From NCBI GenBank assembly GCA_000004985.1, contig GG738860.1: DNA of 64,000 bases; one strand, 5' to 3'. A program made the translations under genes and the position numbers. Numbering within the stretch: position 1 is the stretch's first letter; each line of letters begins with the position of its first letter. This DNA is from Naegleria gruberi (lineage: Eukaryota). Positions 33,795-46,200 of this stretch are shown piece by piece. The notes under the pieces are model-generated. The model ran no database searches, was not told where the DNA came from, and saw only the letters and a list, made by a program, of their open reading frames with translations.

Positions 33795-34261
33795 TTTCAC
33801 ATGTTGTATCACCAGTAACAGTATTTGTAGTTGTTCAAACGGATTACCATAAAAGGAACCTTAGTGTTTCTTTTTAATATAATTATACTTACATATATGT
33901 ATACCTACTGAGAATGGATCCATACAATCGATTACTCCAACGAACTAAATTTTGAATCTGCTAATTGTCAACAAATGATATTGTTAAACAAAATACAAAC
34001 ACTATGAAATGCACAACTTCATTCTAAACATTGTATTAGAAAAATTGGAAATAGGAAAGAATCGGTAAAATTGTCTCATAGTGATTCTCTCTTGTTTATG
34101 GCCATAAATACTTTTTTGGACAGTTTCGTATGAAATTGGGTTTTGTAATATTTATTTTCTATGACATGTCATGCATAATTTCTTGTACTTGCCATCTCAA
34201 TGGCACACAAGGGTCACAACAAATTTTTTCTTCAAGAGGCACCANCTCCTTCTTGCTTGTT

Positions 34262-37200
34262 NNNNNNNNNNNNNNNNNNNNNNNNNNNNNNNNNNNNNNN
34301 NNNNNNNNNNNNNNNNNNNNNNNNNNNNNNNNNNNNNNNNNNNNNNNNNNNNNNNNNNNNNNNNNNNNNNNNNNNNNNNNNNNNNNNNNNNNNNNNNNNN
34401 NNNNNNNNNNNNNNNNNNNNNNNNNNNNNNNNNNNNNNNNNNNNNNNNNNNNNNNNNNNNNNNNNNNNNNNNNNNNNNNNNNNNNNNNNNNNNNNNNNNN
34501 NNNNNNNNNNNNNNNNNNNNNNNNNNNNNNNNNNNNNNNNNNNNNNNNNNNNNNNNNNNNNNNNNNNNNNNNNNNNNNNNNNNNNNNNNNNNNNNNNNNN
34601 NNNNNNNNNNNNNNNNNNNNNNNNNNNNNNNNNNNNNNNNNNNNNNNNNNNNNNNNNNNNNNNNNNNNNNNNNNNNNNNNNNNNNNNNNNNNNNNNNNNN
34701 NNNNNNNNNNNNNNNNNNNNNNNNNNNNNNNNNNNNNNNNNNNNNNNNNNNNNNNNNNNNNNNNNNNNNNNNNNNNNNNNNNNNNNNNNNNNNNNNNNNN
34801 NNNNNNNNNNNNNNNNNNNNNNNNNNNNNNNNNNNNNNNNNNNNNNNNNNNNNNNNNNNNNNNNNNNNNNNNNNNNNNNNNNNNNNNNNNNNNNNNNNNN
34901 NNNNNNNNNNNNNNNNNNNNNNNNNNNNNNNNNNNNNNNNNNNNNNNNNNNNNNNNNNNNNNNNNNNNNNNNNNNNNNNNNNNNNNNNNNNNNNNNNNNN
35001 NNNNNNNNNNNNNNNNNNNNNNNNNNNNNNNNNNNNNNNNNNNNNNNNNNNNNNNNNNNNNNNNNNNNNNNNNNNNNNNNNNNNNNNNNNNNNNNNNNNN
35101 NNNNNNNNNNNNNNNNNNNNNNNNNNNNNNNNNNNNNNNNNNNNNNNNNNNNNNNNNNNNNNNNNNNNNNNNNNNNNNNNNNNNNNNNNNNNNNNNNNNN
35201 NNNNNNNNNNNNNNNNNNNNNNNNNNNNNNNNNNNNNNNNNNNNNNNNNNNNNNNNNNNNNNNNNNNNNNNNNNNNNNNNNNNNNNNNNNNNNNNNNNNN
35301 NNNNNNNNNNNNNNNNNNNNNNNNNNNNNNNNNNNNNNNNNNNNNNNNNNNNNNNNNNNNNNNNNNNNNNNNNNNNNNNNNNNNNNNNNNNNNNNNNNNN
35401 NNNNNNNNNNNNNNNNNNNNNNNNNNNNNNNNNNNNNNNNNNNNNNNNNNNNNNNNNNNNNNNNNNNNNNNNNNNNNNNNNNNNNNNNNNNNNNNNNNNN
35501 NNNNNNNNNNNNNNNNNNNNNNNNNNNNNNNNNNNNNNNNNNNNNNNNNNNNNNNNNNNNNNNNNNNNNNNNNNNNNNNNNNNNNNNNNNNNNNNNNNNN
35601 NNNNNNNNNNNNNNNNNNNNNNNNNNNNNNNNNNNNNNNNNNNNNNNNNNNNNNNNNNNNNNNNNNNNNNNNNNNNNNNNNNNNNNNNNNNNNNNNNNNN
35701 NNNNNNNNNNNNNNNNNNNNNNNNNNNNNNNNNNNNNNNNNNNNNNNNNNNNNNNNNNNNNNNNNNNNNNNNNNNNNNNNNNNNNNNNNNNNNNNNNNNN
35801 NNNNNNNNNNNNNNNNNNNNNNNNNNNNNNNNNNNNNNNNNNNNNNNNNNNNNNNNNNNNNNNNNNNNNNNNNNNNNNNNNNNNNNNNNNNNNNNNNNNN
35901 NNNNNNNNNNNNNNNNNNNNNNNNNNNNNNNNNNNNNNNNNNNNNNNNNNNNNNNNNNNNNNNNNNNNNNNNNNNNNNNNNNNNNNNNNNNNNNNNNNNN
36001 NNNNNNNNNNNNNNNNNNNNNNNNNNNNNNNNNNNNNNNNNNNNNNNNNNNNNNNNNNNNNNNNNNNNNNNNNNNNNNNNNNNNNNNNNNNNNNNNNNNN
36101 NNNNNNNNNNNNNNNNNNNNNNNNNNNNNNNNNNNNNNNNNNNNNNNNNNNNNNNNNNNNNNNNNNNNNNNNNNNNNNNNNNNNNNNNNNNNNNNNNNNN
36201 NNNNNNNNNNNNNNNNNNNNNNNNNNNNNNNNNNNNNNNNNNNNNNNNNNNNNNNNNNNNNNNNNNNNNNNNNNNNNNNNNNNNNNNNNNNNNNNNNNNN
36301 NNNNNNNNNNNNNNNNNNNNNNNNNNNNNNNNNNNNNNNNNNNNNNNNNNNNNNNNNNNNNNNNNNNNNNNNNNNNNNNNNNNNNNNNNNNNNNNNNNNN
36401 NNNNNNNNNNNNNNNNNNNNNNNNNNNNNNNNNNNNNNNNNNNNNNNNNNNNNNNNNNNNNNNNNNNNNNNNNNNNNNNNNNNNNNNNNNNNNNNNNNNN
36501 NNNNNNNNNNNNNNNNNNNNNNNNNNNNNNNNNNNNNNNNNNNNNNNNNNNNNNNNNNNNNNNNNNNNNNNNNNNNNNNNNNNNNNNNNNNNNNNNNNNN
36601 NNNNNNNNNNNNNNNNNNNNNNNNNNNNNNNNNNNNNNNNNNNNNNNNNNNNNNNNNNNNNNNNNNNNNNNNNNNNNNNNNNNNNNNNNNNNNNNNNNNN
36701 NNNNNNNNNNNNNNNNNNNNNNNNNNNNNNNNNNNNNNNNNNNNNNNNNNNNNNNNNNNNNNNNNNNNNNNNNNNNNNNNNNNNNNNNNNNNNNNNNNNN
36801 NNNNNNNNNNNNNNNNNNNNNNNNNNNNNNNNNNNNNNNNNNNNNNNNNNNNNNNNNNNNNNNNNNNNNNNNNNNNNNNNNNNNNNNNNNNNNNNNNNNN
36901 NNNNNNNNNNNNNNNNNNNNNNNNNNNNNNNNNNNNNNNNNNNNNNNNNNNNNNNNNNNNNNNNNNNNNNNNNNNNNNNNNNNNNNNNNNNNNNNNNNNN
37001 NNNNNNNNNNNNNNNNNNNNNNNNNNNNNNNNNNNNNNNNNNNNNNNNNNNNNNNNNNNNNNNNNNNNNNNNNNNNNNNNNNNNNNNNNNNNNNNNNNNN
37101 NNNNNNNNNNNNNNNNNNNNNNNNNNNNNNNNNNNNNNNNNNNNNNNNNNNNNNNNNNNNNNNNNNNNNNNNNNNNNNNNNNNNNNNNNNNNNNNNNNNN

Positions 37201-40200
37201 NNNNNNNNNNNNNNNNNNNNNNNNNNNNNNNNNNNNNNNNNNNNNNNNNNNNNNNNNNNNNNNNNNNNNNNNNNNNNNNNNNNNNNNNNNNNNNNNNNNN
37301 NNNNNNNNNNNNNNNNNNNNNNNNNNNNNNNNNNNNNNNNNNNNNNNNNNNNNNNNNNNNNNNNNNNNNNNNNNNNNNNNNNNNNNNNNNNNNNNNNNNN
37401 NNNNNNNNNNNNNNNNNNNNNNNNNNNNNNNNNNNNNNNNNNNNNNNNNNNNNNNNNNNNNNNNNNNNNNNNNNNNNNNNNNNNNNNNNNNNNNNNNNNN
37501 NNNNNNNNNNNNNNNNNNNNNNNNNNNNNNNNNNNNNNNNNNNNNNNNNNNNNNNNNNNNNNNNNNNNNNNNNNNNNNNNNNNNNNNNNNNNNNNNNNNN
37601 NNNNNNNNNNNNNNNNNNNNNNNNNNNNNNNNNNNNNNNNNNNNNNNNNNNNNNNNNNNNNNNNNNNNNNNNNNNNNNNNNNNNNNNNNNNNNNNNNNNN
37701 NNNNNNNNNNNNNNNNNNNNNNNNNNNNNNNNNNNNNNNNNNNNNNNNNNNNNNNNNNNNNNNNNNNNNNNNNNNNNNNNNNNNNNNNNNNNNNNNNNNN
37801 NNNNNNNNNNNNNNNNNNNNNNNNNNNNNNNNNNNNNNNNNNNNNNNNNNNNNNNNNNNNNNNNNNNNNNNNNNNNNNNNNNNNNNNNNNNNNNNNNNNN
37901 NNNNNNNNNNNNNNNNNNNNNNNNNNNNNNNNNNNNNNNNNNNNNNNNNNNNNNNNNNNNNNNNNNNNNNNNNNNNNNNNNNNNNNNNNNNNNNNNNNNN
38001 NNNNNNNNNNNNNNNNNNNNNNNNNNNNNNNNNNNNNNNNNNNNNNNNNNNNNNNNNNNNNNNNNNNNNNNNNNNNNNNNNNNNNNNNNNNNNNNNNNNN
38101 NNNNNNNNNNNNNNNNNNNNNNNNNNNNNNNNNNNNNNNNNNNNNNNNNNNNNNNNNNNNNNNNNNNNNNNNNNNNNNNNNNNNNNNNNNNNNNNNNNNN
38201 NNNNNNNNNNNNNNNNNNNNNNNNNNNNNNNNNNNNNNNNNNNNNNNNNNNNNNNNNNNNNNNNNNNNNNNNNNNNNNNNNNNNNNNNNNNNNNNNNNNN
38301 NNNNNNNNNNNNNNNNNNNNNNNNNNNNNNNNNNNNNNNNNNNNNNNNNNNNNNNNNNNNNNNNNNNNNNNNNNNNNNNNNNNNNNNNNNNNNNNNNNNN
38401 NNNNNNNNNNNNNNNNNNNNNNNNNNNNNNNNNNNNNNNNNNNNNNNNNNNNNNNNNNNNNNNNNNNNNNNNNNNNNNNNNNNNNNNNNNNNNNNNNNNN
38501 NNNNNNNNNNNNNNNNNNNNNNNNNNNNNNNNNNNNNNNNNNNNNNNNNNNNNNNNNNNNNNNNNNNNNNNNNNNNNNNNNNNNNNNNNNNNNNNNNNNN
38601 NNNNNNNNNNNNNNNNNNNNNNNNNNNNNNNNNNNNNNNNNNNNNNNNNNNNNNNNNNNNNNNNNNNNNNNNNNNNNNNNNNNNNNNNNNNNNNNNNNNN
38701 NNNNNNNNNNNNNNNNNNNNNNNNNNNNNNNNNNNNNNNNNNNNNNNNNNNNNNNNNNNNNNNNNNNNNNNNNNNNNNNNNNNNNNNNNNNNNNNNNNNN
38801 NNNNNNNNNNNNNNNNNNNNNNNNNNNNNNNNNNNNNNNNNNNNNNNNNNNNNNNNNNNNNNNNNNNNNNNNNNNNNNNNNNNNNNNNNNNNNNNNNNNN
38901 NNNNNNNNNNNNNNNNNNNNNNNNNNNNNNNNNNNNNNNNNNNNNNNNNNNNNNNNNNNNNNNNNNNNNNNNNNNNNNNNNNNNNNNNNNNNNNNNNNNN
39001 NNNNNNNNNNNNNNNNNNNNNNNNNNNNNNNNNNNNNNNNNNNNNNNNNNNNNNNNNNNNNNNNNNNNNNNNNNNNNNNNNNNNNNNNNNNNNNNNNNNN
39101 NNNNNNNNNNNNNNNNNNNNNNNNNNNNNNNNNNNNNNNNNNNNNNNNNNNNNNNNNNNNNNNNNNNNNNNNNNNNNNNNNNNNNNNNNNNNNNNNNNNN
39201 NNNNNNNNNNNNNNNNNNNNNNNNNNNNNNNNNNNNNNNNNNNNNNNNNNNNNNNNNNNNNNNNNNNNNNNNNNNNNNNNNNNNNNNNNNNNNNNNNNNN
39301 NNNNNNNNNNNNNNNNNNNNNNNNNNNNNNNNNNNNNNNNNNNNNNNNNNNNNNNNNNNNNNNNNNNNNNNNNNNNNNNNNNNNNNNNNNNNNNNNNNNN
39401 NNNNNNNNNNNNNNNNNNNNNNNNNNNNNNNNNNNNNNNNNNNNNNNNNNNNNNNNNNNNNNNNNNNNNNNNNNNNNNNNNNNNNNNNNNNNNNNNNNNN
39501 NNNNNNNNNNNNNNNNNNNNNNNNNNNNNNNNNNNNNNNNNNNNNNNNNNNNNNNNNNNNNNNNNNNNNNNNNNNNNNNNNNNNNNNNNNNNNNNNNNNN
39601 NNNNNNNNNNNNNNNNNNNNNNNNNNNNNNNNNNNNNNNNNNNNNNNNNNNNNNNNNNNNNNNNNNNNNNNNNNNNNNNNNNNNNNNNNNNNNNNNNNNN
39701 NNNNNNNNNNNNNNNNNNNNNNNNNNNNNNNNNNNNNNNNNNNNNNNNNNNNNNNNNNNNNNNNNNNNNNNNNNNNNNNNNNNNNNNNNNNNNNNNNNNN
39801 NNNNNNNNNNNNNNNNNNNNNNNNNNNNNNNNNNNNNNNNNNNNNNNNNNNNNNNNNNNNNNNNNNNNNNNNNNNNNNNNNNNNNNNNNNNNNNNNNNNN
39901 NNNNNNNNNNNNNNNNNNNNNNNNNNNNNNNNNNNNNNNNNNNNNNNNNNNNNNNNNNNNNNNNNNNNNNNNNNNNNNNNNNNNNNNNNNNNNNNNNNNN
40001 NNNNNNNNNNNNNNNNNNNNNNNNNNNNNNNNNNNNNNNNNNNNNNNNNNNNNNNNNNNNNNNNNNNNNNNNNNNNNNNNNNNNNNNNNNNNNNNNNNNN
40101 NNNNNNNNNNNNNNNNNNNNNNNNNNNNNNNNNNNNNNNNNNNNNNNNNNNNNNNNNNNNNNNNNNNNNNNNNNNNNNNNNNNNNNNNNNNNNNNNNNNN

Positions 40201-43200
40201 NNNNNNNNNNNNNNNNNNNNNNNNNNNNNNNNNNNNNNNNNNNNNNNNNNNNNNNNNNNNNNNNNNNNNNNNNNNNNNNNNNNNNNNNNNNNNNNNNNNN
40301 NNNNNNNNNNNNNNNNNNNNNNNNNNNNNNNNNNNNNNNNNNNNNNNNNNNNNNNNNNNNNNNNNNNNNNNNNNNNNNNNNNNNNNNNNNNNNNNNNNNN
40401 NNNNNNNNNNNNNNNNNNNNNNNNNNNNNNNNNNNNNNNNNNNNNNNNNNNNNNNNNNNNNNNNNNNNNNNNNNNNNNNNNNNNNNNNNNNNNNNNNNNN
40501 NNNNNNNNNNNNNNNNNNNNNNNNNNNNNNNNNNNNNNNNNNNNNNNNNNNNNNNNNNNNNNNNNNNNNNNNNNNNNNNNNNNNNNNNNNNNNNNNNNNN
40601 NNNNNNNNNNNNNNNNNNNNNNNNNNNNNNNNNNNNNNNNNNNNNNNNNNNNNNNNNNNNNNNNNNNNNNNNNNNNNNNNNNNNNNNNNNNNNNNNNNNN
40701 NNNNNNNNNNNNNNNNNNNNNNNNNNNNNNNNNNNNNNNNNNNNNNNNNNNNNNNNNNNNNNNNNNNNNNNNNNNNNNNNNNNNNNNNNNNNNNNNNNNN
40801 NNNNNNNNNNNNNNNNNNNNNNNNNNNNNNNNNNNNNNNNNNNNNNNNNNNNNNNNNNNNNNNNNNNNNNNNNNNNNNNNNNNNNNNNNNNNNNNNNNNN
40901 NNNNNNNNNNNNNNNNNNNNNNNNNNNNNNNNNNNNNNNNNNNNNNNNNNNNNNNNNNNNNNNNNNNNNNNNNNNNNNNNNNNNNNNNNNNNNNNNNNNN
41001 NNNNNNNNNNNNNNNNNNNNNNNNNNNNNNNNNNNNNNNNNNNNNNNNNNNNNNNNNNNNNNNNNNNNNNNNNNNNNNNNNNNNNNNNNNNNNNNNNNNN
41101 NNNNNNNNNNNNNNNNNNNNNNNNNNNNNNNNNNNNNNNNNNNNNNNNNNNNNNNNNNNNNNNNNNNNNNNNNNNNNNNNNNNNNNNNNNNNNNNNNNNN
41201 NNNNNNNNNNNNNNNNNNNNNNNNNNNNNNNNNNNNNNNNNNNNNNNNNNNNNNNNNNNNNNNNNNNNNNNNNNNNNNNNNNNNNNNNNNNNNNNNNNNN
41301 NNNNNNNNNNNNNNNNNNNNNNNNNNNNNNNNNNNNNNNNNNNNNNNNNNNNNNNNNNNNNNNNNNNNNNNNNNNNNNNNNNNNNNNNNNNNNNNNNNNN
41401 NNNNNNNNNNNNNNNNNNNNNNNNNNNNNNNNNNNNNNNNNNNNNNNNNNNNNNNNNNNNNNNNNNNNNNNNNNNNNNNNNNNNNNNNNNNNNNNNNNNN
41501 NNNNNNNNNNNNNNNNNNNNNNNNNNNNNNNNNNNNNNNNNNNNNNNNNNNNNNNNNNNNNNNNNNNNNNNNNNNNNNNNNNNNNNNNNNNNNNNNNNNN
41601 NNNNNNNNNNNNNNNNNNNNNNNNNNNNNNNNNNNNNNNNNNNNNNNNNNNNNNNNNNNNNNNNNNNNNNNNNNNNNNNNNNNNNNNNNNNNNNNNNNNN
41701 NNNNNNNNNNNNNNNNNNNNNNNNNNNNNNNNNNNNNNNNNNNNNNNNNNNNNNNNNNNNNNNNNNNNNNNNNNNNNNNNNNNNNNNNNNNNNNNNNNNN
41801 NNNNNNNNNNNNNNNNNNNNNNNNNNNNNNNNNNNNNNNNNNNNNNNNNNNNNNNNNNNNNNNNNNNNNNNNNNNNNNNNNNNNNNNNNNNNNNNNNNNN
41901 NNNNNNNNNNNNNNNNNNNNNNNNNNNNNNNNNNNNNNNNNNNNNNNNNNNNNNNNNNNNNNNNNNNNNNNNNNNNNNNNNNNNNNNNNNNNNNNNNNNN
42001 NNNNNNNNNNNNNNNNNNNNNNNNNNNNNNNNNNNNNNNNNNNNNNNNNNNNNNNNNNNNNNNNNNNNNNNNNNNNNNNNNNNNNNNNNNNNNNNNNNNN
42101 NNNNNNNNNNNNNNNNNNNNNNNNNNNNNNNNNNNNNNNNNNNNNNNNNNNNNNNNNNNNNNNNNNNNNNNNNNNNNNNNNNNNNNNNNNNNNNNNNNNN
42201 NNNNNNNNNNNNNNNNNNNNNNNNNNNNNNNNNNNNNNNNNNNNNNNNNNNNNNNNNNNNNNNNNNNNNNNNNNNNNNNNNNNNNNNNNNNNNNNNNNNN
42301 NNNNNNNNNNNNNNNNNNNNNNNNNNNNNNNNNNNNNNNNNNNNNNNNNNNNNNNNNNNNNNNNNNNNNNNNNNNNNNNNNNNNNNNNNNNNNNNNNNNN
42401 NNNNNNNNNNNNNNNNNNNNNNNNNNNNNNNNNNNNNNNNNNNNNNNNNNNNNNNNNNNNNNNNNNNNNNNNNNNNNNNNNNNNNNNNNNNNNNNNNNNN
42501 NNNNNNNNNNNNNNNNNNNNNNNNNNNNNNNNNNNNNNNNNNNNNNNNNNNNNNNNNNNNNNNNNNNNNNNNNNNNNNNNNNNNNNNNNNNNNNNNNNNN
42601 NNNNNNNNNNNNNNNNNNNNNNNNNNNNNNNNNNNNNNNNNNNNNNNNNNNNNNNNNNNNNNNNNNNNNNNNNNNNNNNNNNNNNNNNNNNNNNNNNNNN
42701 NNNNNNNNNNNNNNNNNNNNNNNNNNNNNNNNNNNNNNNNNNNNNNNNNNNNNNNNNNNNNNNNNNNNNNNNNNNNNNNNNNNNNNNNNNNNNNNNNNNN
42801 NNNNNNNNNNNNNNNNNNNNNNNNNNNNNNNNNNNNNNNNNNNNNNNNNNNNNNNNNNNNNNNNNNNNNNNNNNNNNNNNNNNNNNNNNNNNNNNNNNNN
42901 NNNNNNNNNNNNNNNNNNNNNNNNNNNNNNNNNNNNNNNNNNNNNNNNNNNNNNNNNNNNNNNNNNNNNNNNNNNNNNNNNNNNNNNNNNNNNNNNNNNN
43001 NNNNNNNNNNNNNNNNNNNNNNNNNNNNNNNNNNNNNNNNNNNNNNNNNNNNNNNNNNNNNNNNNNNNNNNNNNNNNNNNNNNNNNNNNNNNNNNNNNNN
43101 NNNNNNNNNNNNNNNNNNNNNNNNNNNNNNNNNNNNNNNNNNNNNNNNNNNNNNNNNNNNNNNNNNNNNNNNNNNNNNNNNNNNNNNNNNNNNNNNNNNN

Positions 43201-43231
43201 NNNNNNNNNNNNNNNNNNNNNNNNNNNNNNN
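34262..43231. other. Assembly gap (8970 N)
   Basis: Continuous N run. All giant ORFs reported across it (34130..43276, 34159..43266, 34171..43431, 34197..43394, 34200..45386, 34232..43288) are poly-X artefacts. Confidence 1.
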
Positions 43232-46200
43232 TACTGGAACAATTGCCAAAGTCTTTTCTGCTCCATACGGTGTTAAAAGCTTCCACAAACTTGAGAATGG
43301 TAATTTTATTTTCGCAGAGAAAAATTATCCTAGAATTGCCCTTTTCAAGACCAATAGCAGCAAGATTATCTACTTGGCTGGTCAATACGAACAAGGTTAC
43401 GATCCAATCGTTATTTCTGACAATGTGTTAGCAACCACAACAAGTGTGAATCATCCTCGATCACTCTATGTAAAGAATGGAGAGCTCTATTTTGCAGATA
43501 CCTACAACTCTCTCGTGAGAAAAATCACCCTCTCAACAGGAGTTCTCTCAACCATTGCTGGTAATGGAGGTGAGCGTTTTTATGGGGATGGTGGATTGGG
43601 AACGAGTGCTTCTTTGAACTATCCATATGGAATTCACTTACATACTGATGGTTCTATCTACATTGCCGATACTTACAATAGTAAGATTAGAAAGTTAGAC
43701 TCTTCCAAAAAGATTAGCTCAGTTGCTGGAAATGGATATTTGGGATATTCGGACAATACTCAACCATTGAGAGCTTCATTCAATTTGGCAGTAAGCGTTC
43801 TCATTAACAACGTAGGGGACATGTACATTTCAGATTATGCAAACAATGTAATTAGAAAGATGAGCTCCTCTGGTGCCATTACAACTATTGCTGGACAAGC
43901 AAAGATTTCTGGTTTTGCTGATAGTTTAAATGCAAAGACTGCTCTATTGAATGGTCCATTTGGATTATATTATCAGGAATCCACACAAACTCTCTTTTTT
44001 GCTGACAGTCTCAATGGTAGAATAAGAAAGCTAACAAAGAATGGAGCAATTGAAACAGTTCTTGCTTCAATTAACGATCCAAGAGAAATCTCATTCCACA
44101 CAACCCATGGTCACATGTACTTTACTTCTGGAGGTGACCAAACCATTAAGGTTCTATTCTCCAATGGTACTCTTTCTGTGCTCAACATTCCAAAAGATTA
44201 CTACATTGGTCTCCATGTTGATTCCACTAATGATTATCTCTATGCAAGTGGTTATACATACATTTATAGATTTTCCATTGCAGGAGGTAGTAGCATTGAT
44301 CACAATCAAACCGATCCAATCATCGATAACATTTCTAAGAATTGTACTAAGGGATGTGAAAAGGGTGAATGTGTGAATGGAACTTGCGTCTGTAAGGAAA
44401 ATTATGGAGGTGAAATTTGTGATAGGCCAATGTGTTTTGGAAAATTGAGCAATGAGAGTGGTGTGTGTAATACTCACGGAGTTTGTCTGCAACCAAACGT
44501 TTGCTACTGTTACGGAAATTGGGAGGCCGAAGAATGCACCCAATGTAAGAGTGGATTTACTGGTTCTAATTGCAGAACCTGTGCCGATGGTTTTGTTGGA
44601 GAATTGTGTAATATCCCTATTTGTTTCAACGTATTTGCTAATGAATCAAACGTTTGTTCTGGACATGGTTCTTGCAAATCTCCAAACAATTGTTCATGCT
44701 TTGGAAATTGGGAGGGAGAAAGTTGTCAATCTTGTAAGGAGGGATACACTGGCTCAGAATGTGACACTCCAGTTTGTTTCGGGTTCAGNNNNNNNNNNNN
44801 NNNNNNNNNNNNNNNNNNNNNNNNNNNNNNNNNNNNNNNNNNNNNNNNNNNNNNNNNNNNNNNNNNNNNNNNNNNNNNNNNNNNNNNNNNNNNNNNNNNN
44901 NNNNNNNNNNNNNNNNNNNNNNNNNNNNNNNNNNNNNNNNNNNNNNNNNNNNNNNNNNNNTGGGTTGGAGATTGTGTGATTCCTGTCAAGCTGGATACAG
45001 TGGTTCAAATTGTGATATTCCTGTTTGTTTTGGATCAAGCGTTGAAGGAGATGGTTCTTTGGTTTGCTCAGGGCACGGTAACTGTTCAGGACCAGATATG
45101 TGCACTTGTAACGAAAACTGGTCTGGAAATGATTGTTCCACTTGTAGAGAAGGTTATTATGGAGAAGACTGCTCCTCATGTACACCTGGATTCAGTGGTG
45201 AGAGATGTGACATTCCTTCATGCTTTGGTATTTCAGCAAATGCTAGTAATGTATGTTCTGGAAATGGTTATTGTTTCAGTCCAGATTTGTGCTCCTGCTT
45301 TGAGAATTGGAAGGGTGAAAGTTGTAATCAATGCAGTAGCGATTACATTGGTGAATTGTGTGATATTCCGTCCTGTTTTGGAGTGAATGGTAATGATAGA
45401 TCAGTTTGTTCTGGTCATGGCTCTTGTATTACCCCATCCAATTGTTCTTGTTTCAATAACTGGGAAGGAGCAATGTGTGAAAATTGTCCAACAGGTTTCT
45501 CTGGAGATGACTGCAAATCCTGTGACGAAAGTCACACTGGAGAGGGATGTGATGTTCCAATCTGTTACGGCCTTGCAGCTAATAATGAAAGTGTTTGCTC
45601 TGGAAATGGCAAGTGCATTGAGTCCTCTGTATGTGTTTGTTCTGGTTTTTGGACTGGAGCTAATTGTGATACTTGTCCAGAAAAGTATTCAGGATCGGCT
45701 TGTGATGTGCCAGTTTGTTATGGAGTAAGCGCTAACGATTCTATGGTTTGCTCTGGACATGGTTCTTGTGTTGCACCTTCTCAATGTTTTTGTGAAGGAA
45801 GATGGGCTGGAGAATTGTGTGATTCCTGCGTGGCTGGATATAATGGTTCAAATTGTGAAAATCCAATCTGCTTTGGAGAATTCAACACCTCTATTGTTTG
45901 TTCTGGTCATGGTTTGTGCTCAGCACTAGATGTTTGTGTGTGTAGCGAGCAATGGGCTGGAGAAACTTGTGGCAAATGTAATTCTGGATATTACGGAATA
46001 ACTTGTGAGCTTTCTTGTGATCCACAAATAGTGAAACCATCTCTCACAATCAAGCAAGGTTCAATAATTTCCTATGTGATTGGAACTTCTATTGCTTTGG
46101 AACCAGAATTGACAATTCCATTGTGCTATGCCGGTCATTTCAGCTCCATTAGCTATGGATATGCTTCTGATTTCTTTAACCAATCTCAACTGGTTCAGGT

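Larger units (their letters stand above)
33080..34261 (+). repeat. Copy 2 of the 1.18-kb 5S rRNA + tRNA-Asp unit; a contig island between two gaps
   Basis: Identical to 22974..24143 (one N at 34245). It is bounded by gaps on both sides, so its placement is supported only by scaffolding. Confidence 0.9.

Noticed and set aside
34130-34260. Small ORF MKLGFVIFIFYDMSCIISCTCHLNGTQGSQQIFSSRGT at the edge of the repeat unit (also at 24022..24143)
   Set aside because: Present identically in both copies, and in copy 1 it is followed by stop codons before the real 1452-aa gene. Most likely 5' flank or UTR sequence rather than a gene.
34130-45386. Six giant ORFs (up to 3728 aa) running through the 8970-N block, translated as poly-X
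   Set aside because: They consist almost entirely of N (X) codons. Only the short real sequence at each end is meaningful. Artefacts of translating an assembly gap.
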